Shown here piece by piece: positions 10,646-19,921 of a stretch of 64,000 nt of DNA; position 1 is the first letter of the stretch; each line of letters starts with the position of its first letter. Origin of the DNA: a virus; IMG/VR virus record IMGVR_UViG_3300025133_000033; one strand, 5' to 3'. The position numbers were made by a program, and so were the translations under genes. Under the pieces are notes generated by a model. That model worked only from the letters and a program-made list of their open reading frames with translations, was not told the origin of the DNA and did no database searches.

Positions 10646-11346
10646 ATAACCGTCCCTACCCTTTCTAAATCTTTATTAGTATCAATATCAATTACCCTTG
10701 CTTTCTTGTCATAACAACCAGCCACCTTGCCTCCGTTTGAGACAATATGATTGATGGCCTCAAATCCAAATCTAGAATAGTAGATAGGATTCCAACAAAA
10801 TTCTTTTAGAAGCTTAAGCTCGCGACCCTTAAAGAACCCCATCTGACCCCACTTAACAGGAAGGTCATACATCATGTTCTCTAATCCTCCTTTTTTATTT
10901 ACAATACATCCCACTTCCTTATCTCCCATTATTTCATCTCCTACAAGAATAGAGGAATGGTTGTAGTCTATAGTACGTAAGGCATATTCATTAAATACTA
11001 AGTCCCCATATACCACAAGAACATCTCTCTTGCAAGCCCGAAGACCCATTCCCAAAGACCTCACTACATTTGTATCCTCGTATCGCTCGTTTTCTACTTT
11101 AACAATTTCGCTTGGGGTGTTATTCATTAGCCGGTCAGCATCAAAGCCTGTAACAAGAATAATATTAGAGGCAGGAAGTACCTTGCGAAATAGCTTAAGC
11201 TGGTTAGCTAGTATTGTAGTGTTGTTCTTGATCTGGATTAGGGGCTTTGGCCCATAAGACTTCATACGACGGCCTAGTCCTGCCGCAGGAATTACAATAT
11301 CAATAGGAGGTAATTCGTGAGGCTTATGAATATGACGAATGCTCAT
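10642..11346 (-). CDS. NTP transferase (LicC/MobA-like nucleotidyltransferase)
   Basis: IPAAGLGRRMKSYGPKPL, NERYEDTN, YGDLVF, DIDT. Confidence 0.85.
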   Translation of the reverse strand: MSIRHIHKPHELPPIDIVIPAAGLGRRMKSYGPKPLIQIKNNTTILANQLKLFRKVLPASNIILVTGFDADRLMNNTPSEIVKVENERYEDTNVVRSLGMGLRACKRDVLVVYGDLVFNEYALRTIDYNHSSILVGDEIMGDKEVGCIVNKKGGLENMMYDLPVKWGQMGFFKGRELKLLKEFCWNPIYYSRFGFEAINHIVSNGGKVAGCYDKKARVIDIDTNKDLERVGTVI

Positions 11347-11825
11347 TACTTATATACCGTAATTAAAGGGTCTGGTAAATGGATAAATAATCTATTCGCT
11401 TGCATCATATACTGCATCACTCTAATTTTAGAGTCGGACCCCTCATCAAAATTGATGGGGATTGTCAGATTAGCAAAGAAGCTTTCGTCTGGCAAGTCTC
11501 GTCCGCTAAAGAAGTCTACAAACTCTTGCCCTCTTGTTTTGATTAGAGCATCTGTATATACGAACCCTATTTCTGGGCAACGGCTAAATAAGTCAATCAC
11601 TATTGCCTCTAAAGAGGAGTTTGTAATCTTAGTGTCTTGCGTAATAAAAGCCACAGGGTTTATTTTTTCTGTGGGATTAAAAAGAGCCTTTGTATGCTTG
11701 TTAAAGAACTCATGCTCTGGCAACTTGTTTTCGTTGCGAATAACAATATACTCTTCAGGTAGCTCGTAGTCATTATTAACCAAAAAGGTCATTCTAGGCA
11801 TGGGCATATTTCTTTCGCCTCGCAA
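11346..11825 (-). CDS. hypothetical protein (GT-A-like fragment)
   Basis: PEIGFVYTD motif; coupled ORF. Confidence 0.45.
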   Translation of the reverse strand: MRGERNMPMPRMTFLVNNDYELPEEYIVIRNENKLPEHEFFNKHTKALFNPTEKINPVAFITQDTKITNSSLEAIVIDLFSRCPEIGFVYTDALIKTRGQEFVDFFSGRDLPDESFFANLTIPINFDEGSDSKIRVMQYMMQANRLFIHLPDPLITVYK

Positions 11826-12643
11826 ATAAAGTTGGTTCCGTTAGCTTCAAACTTCTCTATCTTGTCTTCTAAATGAATACCAAAAGCATTCCCTCCATGC
11901 TTCTTATGGGCGGTACGATTGACAATCATTCCGTTAAGGTCGTCTACTGGTTTTCCAAACCCCACCTGCATCATCTTGATTAGAATTGCATCATTCAATT
12001 CTTTACTAAAGTCTTCGGGCACTTTGAAGGAGGAACGGAAGACAACATAAAAAGGATATGATAGATCTCCGGTAGAATCAAACACTAGATCAATCCAGCT
12101 TCTATCACTTAAGCTGTCATCATAAACATTCTTGCATGAATACTGATAAAACTCTTGGTCCTGTATCGCCTCTAAAATGCTACTAGGCTGAATATTATTT
12201 TCAGGATCTTTAACAAAGTCTATATACTGCTGATTGATAACGGTCACCATATTAGGCACAACCTCTTGGGTTTTTAGATTGTGTAATATATCCTTTAGTT
12301 GTAGGAGGGTGCTTCCTTTTTCAAAAAAGATGATGGCCTGATAGGGACACTTCGTAGTCATGCGGGCTATATCTTCCCAGCTACTACGAGGGTAGTCTTT
12401 CATAAGCTCTTGGGTACGATAAAATAAACAGAATCTACCATTTATTAGATAGAACTCTTTATGAGATTCATCGAATACTTCTAGCACCTCAATACCTGCC
12501 TCTTTATAATCTTTTATCTTGTCAAGAGAGCATCCCTTCTGACGGTCCTTCTCAAACTTAGCAAAGACGCAGTTTCTACAGGTGGTATGGATATGACTAA
12601 TCTCTACGTCTTCTTGAACCTCTTGAGCCTGTTCGTCTATCAT
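11789..12643 (-). CDS. hypothetical protein with an N-terminal Cys cluster
   Basis: CRNCVF...C...C; 284 aa. Confidence 0.55.
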   Translation of the reverse strand: MIDEQAQEVQEDVEISHIHTTCRNCVFAKFEKDRQKGCSLDKIKDYKEAGIEVLEVFDESHKEFYLINGRFCLFYRTQELMKDYPRSSWEDIARMTTKCPYQAIIFFEKGSTLLQLKDILHNLKTQEVVPNMVTVINQQYIDFVKDPENNIQPSSILEAIQDQEFYQYSCKNVYDDSLSDRSWIDLVFDSTGDLSYPFYVVFRSSFKVPEDFSKELNDAILIKMMQVGFGKPVDDLNGMIVNRTAHKKHGGNAFGIHLEDKIEKFEANGTNFICEAKEICPCLE

Positions 12644-13035
12644 GTTCTTGTGACCTCCATTAGGTAACGGCCATTATTTAGTCCTGCGAATTTAACAGGC
12701 CATTTCTTTTGTGCAAAATATATTTTCAAAGTAGCCACAGAATTCAGATTATTGACTCTAGAGAAAAAATTAGTCGCTGATTCTTTTAAAGACATATCCC
12801 CATAATGAACCCTGCGGCATATATCTAGTGCGTCTATTCCCTCAAGGATTAGACTTCCCCCTTTACGAACCTTCTCTGTAATTGAATCTAGGATATCAGG
12901 ATTTTCAGACATTTCTAATACGTCCTGAACACAGATCTTCTGAAAAAATGAATTAGGGGCGAGTGCGAATTCTTCTTCTGAAATCTGAGTTCCTGAATTG
13001 TTTTTAGCTACAACCAGCTCTATTTCTTTGTGCAT
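12640..13035 (-). CDS. methyltransferase-like fragment
   Basis: DVLE...KVRKGGSLIL resembles the C-terminal half of a class I methyltransferase. Confidence 0.4.
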   Translation of the reverse strand: MHKEIELVVAKNNSGTQISEEEFALAPNSFFQKICVQDVLEMSENPDILDSITEKVRKGGSLILEGIDALDICRRVHYGDMSLKESATNFFSRVNNLNSVATLKIYFAQKKWPVKFAGLNNGRYLMEVTRT

Positions 13036-13036
13036 T

Positions 13037-13987
13037 TTATCCTCTCAGGTAGAATGAGTTTCTAGCGTAATTGAATACATCGTTCCACAACTGAACGAAT
13101 TTATCTGGACTATGCCCTTCGGTCGCTATCGAAAGAGCATTTTCTATAACTTGCTGTGTTTTATCAAACTCTAGTATTTGCTGAACAATGTCTGGCTGCA
13201 TAAGAGAGTTTAGATTTTCAATTATAATAATAGCTCCTTTCTCTAGAAAGATATCAAAGTCAGAGCTTTTAAGAGTGACTACCGGAATTCCTAGAGCCAT
13301 AGCCTCTAGCATCTTAGGAGTAATGGTTTGCCATAAGTGAAGATAGAAGGCCGCTTCGGACAAAGAGGTGGTAAACCTGATATCAGTTAAAGCAAGAGGC
13401 AGGCTCTTTATATACTCTTCTGGTAAATCCTTATCCACTGCAATTTTTGTATTAGCTCTAGGATTGACCTTTCTCTCTATCGGATTATGAGGAATAGGTA
13501 TGGTAGTAGAGACGGAAGTTGAGGTGGAGGTCCAGCCCTGTGTGATTGATTTGCTAGACCCTACGGTAACAATCCCCCCCCGTTGATACATTGCCTCTGG
13601 ATTATCAATGCTTAGATTAGCAAAGAAGGGGTGTTGAAGCTTGGTAGCATTGCTTACTATATCAACAGTAACGATTGGAATATGCCAAGCTCTCGATAGA
13701 CCGGAAGCAGTCTCCCATTGTCCAAGCCTATTAAAACAAATGATTAAATCATACGCTCTTTCGAATGAGAAGAGGGGATTTCTGCATATTCTTAGATTCA
13801 GAGGAGTATGCTTAACCTCTCTTTTCCATTGTGATAGATGATATTGTTCTGTAAAAAGAAAGAAATTATGTCCCGTCTGGCACAAAGCTGAGATATAATC
13901 TTCTTCGTTATCACACATTACAATAATGTTGAGCTTATCGTCTGAGGATCGAGTAGCTGTTCTAATAATATTCTCTAATTGATACAT
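13037..13987 (-). CDS. glycosyltransferase (GT-B, GT4-like)
   Basis: LEAMALGIPVVT; DKFVQLWNDVF. Confidence 0.7.
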   Translation of the reverse strand: MYQLENIIRTATRSSDDKLNIIVMCDNEEDYISALCQTGHNFFLFTEQYHLSQWKREVKHTPLNLRICRNPLFSFERAYDLIICFNRLGQWETASGLSRAWHIPIVTVDIVSNATKLQHPFFANLSIDNPEAMYQRGGIVTVGSSKSITQGWTSTSTSVSTTIPIPHNPIERKVNPRANTKIAVDKDLPEEYIKSLPLALTDIRFTTSLSEAAFYLHLWQTITPKMLEAMALGIPVVTLKSSDFDIFLEKGAIIIIENLNSLMQPDIVQQILEFDKTQQVIENALSIATEGHSPDKFVQLWNDVFNYARNSFYLRG

Positions 13988-15054
13988 AAGAAGCCCTTTA
14001 TTTCATTGTTTGGCACAGTAAATAACTGCTGCTTAAAGGCCGCTAGTCCCTGTTGAATTCTTTCAAACTCCTCTTTTTCAAACGCTGCCTTCTTCATACA
14101 AGACATTATACTCGCAATCTTTGGTTTTTTCCATAGAAACTCAGCACTCCACAGGTGATCAATTTGCCGCTGAGGATATACTGGTACATCTTCAAATGTT
14201 TCAACGTAGAAATCATAGTCATCACCAAGTATAGCTGCTGTCTCAGGAACAATTGGAATACTTCCGTGAACGATTGCTCTTAAAAGATTTTGATTAGGAG
14301 TATAGTTATATCCTGCATCAACATAGAAATTTCCTTTTTGATGAAGGAAGTTCACTATCTCGTTGGATGAATTATTAATAACAACAACATTTGGGTAGTA
14401 TTCACTTAAGGAATATATGCCCAAGGAGCTTTTCAGCTCAGACACTTTATCTTGGATAGATTGAGACAAGTCTTCTCTGGTGCATACAGCAAATTGAACT
14501 GAGTCATGAACACTAAAGGAGGCAAGATAAGCGGTCAGCATCTCTTCTAGCCCCGACCTAGTATCTAGCGTTCCTACTGTATAGAAGCATGTGTTTGACG
14601 ATGGCAACTCTAGATGATGAGTTTTAGTAATCATGTGTAGAGGAGGGAAGTCAAAATTAAAGACTTTATCGCAATCAATCCCCGAAGATACTAGCAGTTG
14701 CTTTTCTGACTGAGAGAACACAATGATCTTGTCCATCAACTGTAAATGGTAAATCCAGTCTGTATTATCAATGCGGCTATCTACGGAGAGGACCGCTATG
14801 TTGGTTTTAAAATCACCATTATAATTAATAAATGATGGTAGGCCATGCTGTATTAATATGTCTTTTGTCGATAGCTTATTCTCCTCGTAAATTTCTAACG
14901 TCTCAACGTCCTTGGAATCTTTTTCGTCAGTAAACCAGGCGGGACGAAGCACTAGATTAACATCCTGTGCTGCCAGTAAAGTAGCAAGGGCTTTGCTTGT
15001 GTAGCCCCAGTCATCATTTTGTCTGTATGGTCCTATATAGAGTATATCTATCAT
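13975..15054 (-). CDS. glycosyltransferase (GT4-like, diverged)
   Basis: FYTVGTLDTRSGLEEMLTAYLASF motif. Confidence 0.65.
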   Translation of the reverse strand: MIDILYIGPYRQNDDWGYTSKALATLLAAQDVNLVLRPAWFTDEKDSKDVETLEIYEENKLSTKDILIQHGLPSFINYNGDFKTNIAVLSVDSRIDNTDWIYHLQLMDKIIVFSQSEKQLLVSSGIDCDKVFNFDFPPLHMITKTHHLELPSSNTCFYTVGTLDTRSGLEEMLTAYLASFSVHDSVQFAVCTREDLSQSIQDKVSELKSSLGIYSLSEYYPNVVVINNSSNEIVNFLHQKGNFYVDAGYNYTPNQNLLRAIVHGSIPIVPETAAILGDDYDFYVETFEDVPVYPQRQIDHLWSAEFLWKKPKIASIMSCMKKAAFEKEEFERIQQGLAAFKQQLFTVPNNEIKGFLCIN

Positions 15055-16703
15055 TTTTTATGCCTCCTATGAGCTTCCTCTATAAATTTATGAGGATGTT
15101 CCTGTGCCTGCCCTGTTCGCAAGGCATCAAATAGATAGCGACGGTGTGCTAAAGGAAGGTGTTCTTCAAACACAGATTTTTGAGTGCAGGACTTAAGTTG
15201 TCCACTGCCAAAGTCTGCTCCAAAGTTTAAGCTTCTAGAAATTAATAACATCCTATAGTTAAACGCAGAGTATTGGTCTTGGATGAGACGAGTGCAAACC
15301 CATTCCGCAAATTGGTGATGAGTCATGTTCTTTGGGGGCTCATCTGGAGGAACAGCCATTGTAGGAGGAGAATTCCATTGACCTTCTAGGCCCTTCCCCT
15401 CTACATTATCTATATAGTTCTCCCAAGCCTTTGCCGCATTATCCCAGGTGTATCTGTCAAGACACCCCTTGCGTGTTTCTAAGCGATGCCTTTTTGCTTT
15501 ATCTTTGTCTTGACACGCCAAGAGCAATAAAGCTTTTGTTAATTCTTTATTGTTTGGTCCTGAACGATTAGCGTTTGTTTCCATTTCGCGAGCCAGGGAA
15601 GGAGCGATAGGAACTCCTTTTACTTGTTTCACTATATCTTCCATAGCACTATAGTCTATAGCCACAACAGGAACCCCACATGCTGCTGCTTCGACTTGAG
15701 GCATACCAAAGCCCTCGCAAATAGCATACTGTACATAGCAATCCATAAGATTATAGATTTGCATTAGCTCCTCTCGGGATACTCCTGTAGACACTCCTGG
15801 CATTACTGCACTCTGGTGCTTGCAGAACCGACAGATAGTAATGGCATCACGAAAGTGAGAAGGGAAGAACTTACCGCAACCTCTACATTTATAGGTACAT
15901 AAAACCTTAGATCCTAGCCCATACTCGTGTACCAAAGAGGTTATCTCCCAGCCCATTTTTTCTGGGTAGCTTGTATGTAGATATAGAAAGCTTTTTTCAG
16001 CTATCTCTGGAGGGGCCTGATCTAAGAAGTCCTTAAATGATTGCATTAACTCAGGAAACATCTTGCGTTTTTGATTACGCATTACTGTTCCAACAATGAA
16101 GCTATCTGGGTCAAGGCCAAATGATCGTTTATGGTTTTTTTTATTAGGAATTAAACCAAAGATATCTTCTTCCATAGCTGGAGAAGCACATCCTACGGGC
16201 TTAAGGCGACCTTGAGTTTGTTTGTCTAAGGCACGAATACCAAACTCTGAGTAAGCCATAAGGCCATCACATCTATTGAAGAGTTGGTATAGCCACTCTA
16301 GCTTTTGTGGCTCAGAGTCAATAGTAGGCATCCAAACCCAGTGAAAGAAGGGTAAGAATGGACTATCTGCAATATAGGCATCCATCCAAGGGTCACGATA
16401 AGTAATCACAATATCAGGCTTAAAGTCTAGACAGGCACGTTCAAAACGAACAATGCCCCATTGGACTTGAGGCTGGGCTGTATGCTCTTTGGCATAGCCT
16501 TCCTCTCCCTCCATAGGAGCCACCCCATAGGTGAGCCAATCTGACTGCTGGTCTACCGAAGTAGGACTACAATAACAGGCTAGCTCAGCAAGCTCGTACT
16601 TCCCCGTCTTATGCAGCCTCTTAAGGATCTCTATCCCATATACTCCAAATCCAGAAGCTAATTTGTGTGATTCTGTTACAACTAGGATTTTCTTTTTACG
16701 CAT
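15051..16703 (-). CDS. GT4 glycosyltransferase with an inserted zinc ribbon
   Basis: SGFG, RNQKRK, EGFGMPQVEAAACGVPVV; CRGC...CRFC insert. Confidence 0.85.
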   Translation of the reverse strand: MRKKKILVVTESHKLASGFGVYGIEILKRLHKTGKYELAELACYCSPTSVDQQSDWLTYGVAPMEGEEGYAKEHTAQPQVQWGIVRFERACLDFKPDIVITYRDPWMDAYIADSPFLPFFHWVWMPTIDSEPQKLEWLYQLFNRCDGLMAYSEFGIRALDKQTQGRLKPVGCASPAMEEDIFGLIPNKKNHKRSFGLDPDSFIVGTVMRNQKRKMFPELMQSFKDFLDQAPPEIAEKSFLYLHTSYPEKMGWEITSLVHEYGLGSKVLCTYKCRGCGKFFPSHFRDAITICRFCKHQSAVMPGVSTGVSREELMQIYNLMDCYVQYAICEGFGMPQVEAAACGVPVVAIDYSAMEDIVKQVKGVPIAPSLAREMETNANRSGPNNKELTKALLLLACQDKDKAKRHRLETRKGCLDRYTWDNAAKAWENYIDNVEGKGLEGQWNSPPTMAVPPDEPPKNMTHHQFAEWVCTRLIQDQYSAFNYRMLLISRSLNFGADFGSGQLKSCTQKSVFEEHLPLAHRRYLFDALRTGQAQEHPHKFIEEAHRRHKK

Positions 16704-17142
16704 CGTTTCCTTCTCTGATCTTACGTAAGGCTTTATAGAAGCGGTTCTTGACAGCAGATGGCGTATCGCCTACAATCTCACAGATTTCGCGGAACTTGTA
16801 TCCTTGGCATCTCAACTCTATCAATCGTTTTTCTTCGTCATTCATATCGGAAGTGAAGTATTCCCAAACTCTTTCAGGAGTCATCATAGATGGAGTAGGG
16901 GCATCTTCAATAGAACTATGTCGTTGTCGAGCTTTAAGTTCGCGAATAATTGCCCACTGAATTGGTCGCCAAGCATAGGTGGAGATAAGATTTCCTTTAG
17001 AAGGATCATATTTCTGTAGTGCTTTCCATAATCCAATTCTACCAGCGTCAAGCAAGTCTTGTCGTTCGGTGTGATTTCTGGGCTCAAACTTATTGACAAT
17101 AGATGCCACGAGAGGCATGTTGTCTTCAATTAGTTTATCCAT
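16696..17142 (-). CDS. sigma-70 family RNA polymerase sigma factor (regions 2 and 4)
   Basis: DLLDAGRIGLWKALQKYDPSKG..STYA; C-terminal HTH YKFREICEIVG. Confidence 0.85.
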   Translation of the reverse strand: MDKLIEDNMPLVASIVNKFEPRNHTERQDLLDAGRIGLWKALQKYDPSKGNLISTYAWRPIQWAIIRELKARQRHSSIEDAPTPSMMTPERVWEYFTSDMNDEEKRLIELRCQGYKFREICEIVGDTPSAVKNRFYKALRKIREGNDA

Positions 17143-17164
17143 GCTATACCTTTATTATATATTG

Positions 17165-18781
17165 TTAGGTTAGTTTTTGCACACGCTTTACCAGAAAACT
17201 TCCGCGATTTTGGTCGCGTGATCCACGAAAAAGCAATATGCTGTCTCTTGTTACGTCCTCTCGATGCTTCTCCCAAGCCTCTGAAAACATGGTTACGTTG
17301 TCAAGGGCACAGGTTCCATCGCTTATTTTTAAGAAAGCCATAGTTTGACCCTTGCTTTTACCCTTTTTAATAGTCCATTCTCTCACGTCATTAATTTTTG
17401 CCGCTATCGAGATAGATTGTGAATTAAACCCTTTGATGTATTCACGACAAGAACAATTAGCATCGCTAGTATCATATTCATCAATCTCCGTACAGGTTAA
17501 TTCTACGCTTAAATACTCACGTTCTTGCCTAGCTCTCCACTTAGCACTGTCTACTAGGTCATATGGGGGGTTGTCCAGAGCAGAGATTGTTCCTTTCATT
17601 AGCTCGATGAACCTATCTGTATGAGCAGTACGTCTCTCGTTTGGGATCTTCTTATACAGAATCTCTTCCACACCACCCCTAAAGGTCTTACAGTCAGATG
17701 CCTCTAGGAACTTGTGATCGGAATCTCTAAATTCACGATACATTTCCAGATCATATAGCATCTTGTTCCGATTGATCTTATAGTAATCTAAGGCACCGGC
17801 TAAGATCATGGCCTGGAAAGCATCTCTCTTGATGAATCTGCCTAGTTTCATTAAGAATTGGTCCCATGTAAAACTAGCCAAATCATATTTATTGTTCTTT
17901 ACTACACCACGAAGCTGATCAAAAACCGAGTTTCCCACGTTTTTTATATTAGTGATTCCATAAGTCGGGCAGTTGTCTATCAGCTTAAAAACTCTATTCA
18001 TTTTAATAACACTCGGAGGCATGATATCAATATCCATCATTCGAGCATTATTCACAAGGTCTTGGATTTCCATGTGAGGGTCTTGCTTGCCGTTAGCATG
18101 ACGTAGCCAAGCAGTGAAGAAAGGACGAGGGAAGTGAGCCTTAATATAGGCTGTTAGATATCCTGTGTTGGCATAGCTAAAGGAGTGAGACTTGTTGAAC
18201 GAGTATCTCTGAGACTTCTCAATCCAACTAAAGATCTCCTCTGCTTCTTCCTTGTTGATGATGCCTAGACCTATGGACTTTTTAAGGAACTCTTCCTTAA
18301 TCTTGGCCATGAGTTCTACCTTTTTCTTACCAATAGCCTTGCGAAGTAATTCCGCCTCCTGAAGATTATACCCTGCTATTTGCCGAGCAATACCTAAAGC
18401 TTCCTCCTGATAGATCATAATCCCGTAGGTGCCTTCAAGGATAGGCTCTAAGGCGGGGTGGAGGTATGCTACAGTATCACGGCCACTCTTGCGATCTATA
18501 TAGTGCTGAGTCAAATTTTTCCCATCAACAATTGCCTCTAAACAACCGGGACGAATTATTGCTATAAGATCAGACAACTCTTCCATGTGAGCGGGAGCGG
18601 TCTTTGCTGCCGTACTTTGACCTAGCTGAGACTCTAGTTGGAATACCCCCTTGGTATTACCATCGGAAATCATCTGCCATGTCTTCGGACAATCCAGACG
18701 CAGCTTGGTAAGATCGGGATTTATTACAGGCTTTCCTTTTGAGTTCTCCTCAAACCTACATCCACAGTCGAATTCAATCAT
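17165..18781 (-). CDS. dnaE: DNA polymerase III alpha, C-terminal half (fingers/HhH/OB)
   Basis: GVFQLES, IRPG, TYGIMIYQE, LRKAIGKK, YSFNKSHS. Confidence 0.92.
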   Translation of the reverse strand: MIEFDCGCRFEENSKGKPVINPDLTKLRLDCPKTWQMISDGNTKGVFQLESQLGQSTAAKTAPAHMEELSDLIAIIRPGCLEAIVDGKNLTQHYIDRKSGRDTVAYLHPALEPILEGTYGIMIYQEEALGIARQIAGYNLQEAELLRKAIGKKKVELMAKIKEEFLKKSIGLGIINKEEAEEIFSWIEKSQRYSFNKSHSFSYANTGYLTAYIKAHFPRPFFTAWLRHANGKQDPHMEIQDLVNNARMMDIDIMPPSVIKMNRVFKLIDNCPTYGITNIKNVGNSVFDQLRGVVKNNKYDLASFTWDQFLMKLGRFIKRDAFQAMILAGALDYYKINRNKMLYDLEMYREFRDSDHKFLEASDCKTFRGGVEEILYKKIPNERRTAHTDRFIELMKGTISALDNPPYDLVDSAKWRARQEREYLSVELTCTEIDEYDTSDANCSCREYIKGFNSQSISIAAKINDVREWTIKKGKSKGQTMAFLKISDGTCALDNVTMFSEAWEKHREDVTRDSILLFRGSRDQNRGSFLVKRVQKLT

Positions 18782-18981
18782 TTGAGTCTTTCTTCAACCT
18801 TGATTTCTTGAACTTCTAAAGAAACATAAGACCCATCTCTCCCTGGCCCCTCCTTGTCTTCATCCCCGTCTAGGCTATGAGCGAACAAGTCTAGCTCTTT
18901 CTTAGTTGGTTTCTTCATAACTAAAAAGGGACCATAGTGATCACAGGATTCGCTGTCTGCTGTTATTGACCAAACCTTCAT
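18778..18981 (-). CDS. small hypothetical protein
   Basis: 67 aa with ATGA overlaps on both sides. Confidence 0.55.
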   Translation of the reverse strand: MKVWSITADSESCDHYGPFLVMKKPTKKELDLFAHSLDGDEDKEGPGRDGSYVSLEVQEIKVEERLK

Positions 18982-19664
18982 GCCTTGACTCCTTTAAATG
19001 ACCCTTTAAACTTGGCTACCGAAGCCTGCTTACGATGGAACTTCAAGAACCTAACAAAGATTTCTGACTCTTCGTACACGTCTACGAGAGCATCGTGTGC
19101 TTGACCTTGAGACTCTATCCCGAAGAACTTACGAAGAGTGTCCATCTTGAAATCAGTTGGCTCGTCTAGGCTTTCCATCCACCAAAAGATCTGATCAAAA
19201 ACATCCATCTTAGTAACCTCAGAAAACGGCACCTTAGTCTTATGTTTTGCCGCCAGTCTATCTACAATGACCTTATCGTATCCCCAGATATTATATCCCA
19301 CGGGGATAGGTTGAGGATACCATTGGCCAGGGCGTTTGTCAACTTCGTACTTGGCACAGTAGGTACAGAATTGTTTCCAGGCAGTCTTTTGTGCGACCCC
19401 TCCCTTCCACTTTTCTACTACTTGGTCAAATTCAAGACCCATGTTGTCTGCGTGCCACTGAATAGTTTTACTCCGCTCGTCATCAAAATAGTCCTCGTTG
19501 TCGATCCCTGGTGGACGAATCCATACATTGAAAGAAAACTCTTTCTTAATTTCTAGCGTATCTGGATCAATAGGAACCGCCGCCAGTTGTACGGGGTTAC
19601 ATTCATTAGGATTTTTCCCATCTGTTTCAAAGTCGAAACATAAAAACCATCTATTATTTTTCAT
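18978..19664 (-). CDS. DEDDh 3'-5' exonuclease (DnaQ/epsilon-like)
   Basis: FDFETDG, GYNI..YD, AHDALVD. Confidence 0.85.
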   Translation of the reverse strand: MKNNRWFLCFDFETDGKNPNECNPVQLAAVPIDPDTLEIKKEFSFNVWIRPPGIDNEDYFDDERSKTIQWHADNMGLEFDQVVEKWKGGVAQKTAWKQFCTYCAKYEVDKRPGQWYPQPIPVGYNIWGYDKVIVDRLAAKHKTKVPFSEVTKMDVFDQIFWWMESLDEPTDFKMDTLRKFFGIESQGQAHDALVDVYEESEIFVRFLKFHRKQASVAKFKGSFKGVKA

Positions 19665-19921
19665 ATAACATCCTCGTTTTCTACAAATAGATCTTGGAAT
19701 TTCATAGAGCCATCACAACTACTTATGTGCTTTTCTGTCGTGCCTTCCTCGCGGTCAAAGTTTTTATCGAAAGATTTACACATAGCCCCCCACGCATCCT
19801 CATCAATCGTAACTCTCTTGATGAAGGGGTATTTTTGTGACAACTTTACCATTTCCAATCTGAACTCTGTTATCTTTTGGTCAGTCTGCATCATCTTCTC
19901 CTGCTGTAATTTTAATTGCAT
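19661..19921 (-). CDS. small hypothetical protein
   Basis: 86 aa ORF; true start probably MMQTDQK. Confidence 0.5.
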   Translation of the reverse strand: MQLKLQQEKMMQTDQKITEFRLEMVKLSQKYPFIKRVTIDEDAWGAMCKSFDKNFDREEGTTEKHISSCDGSMKFQDLFVENEDVI

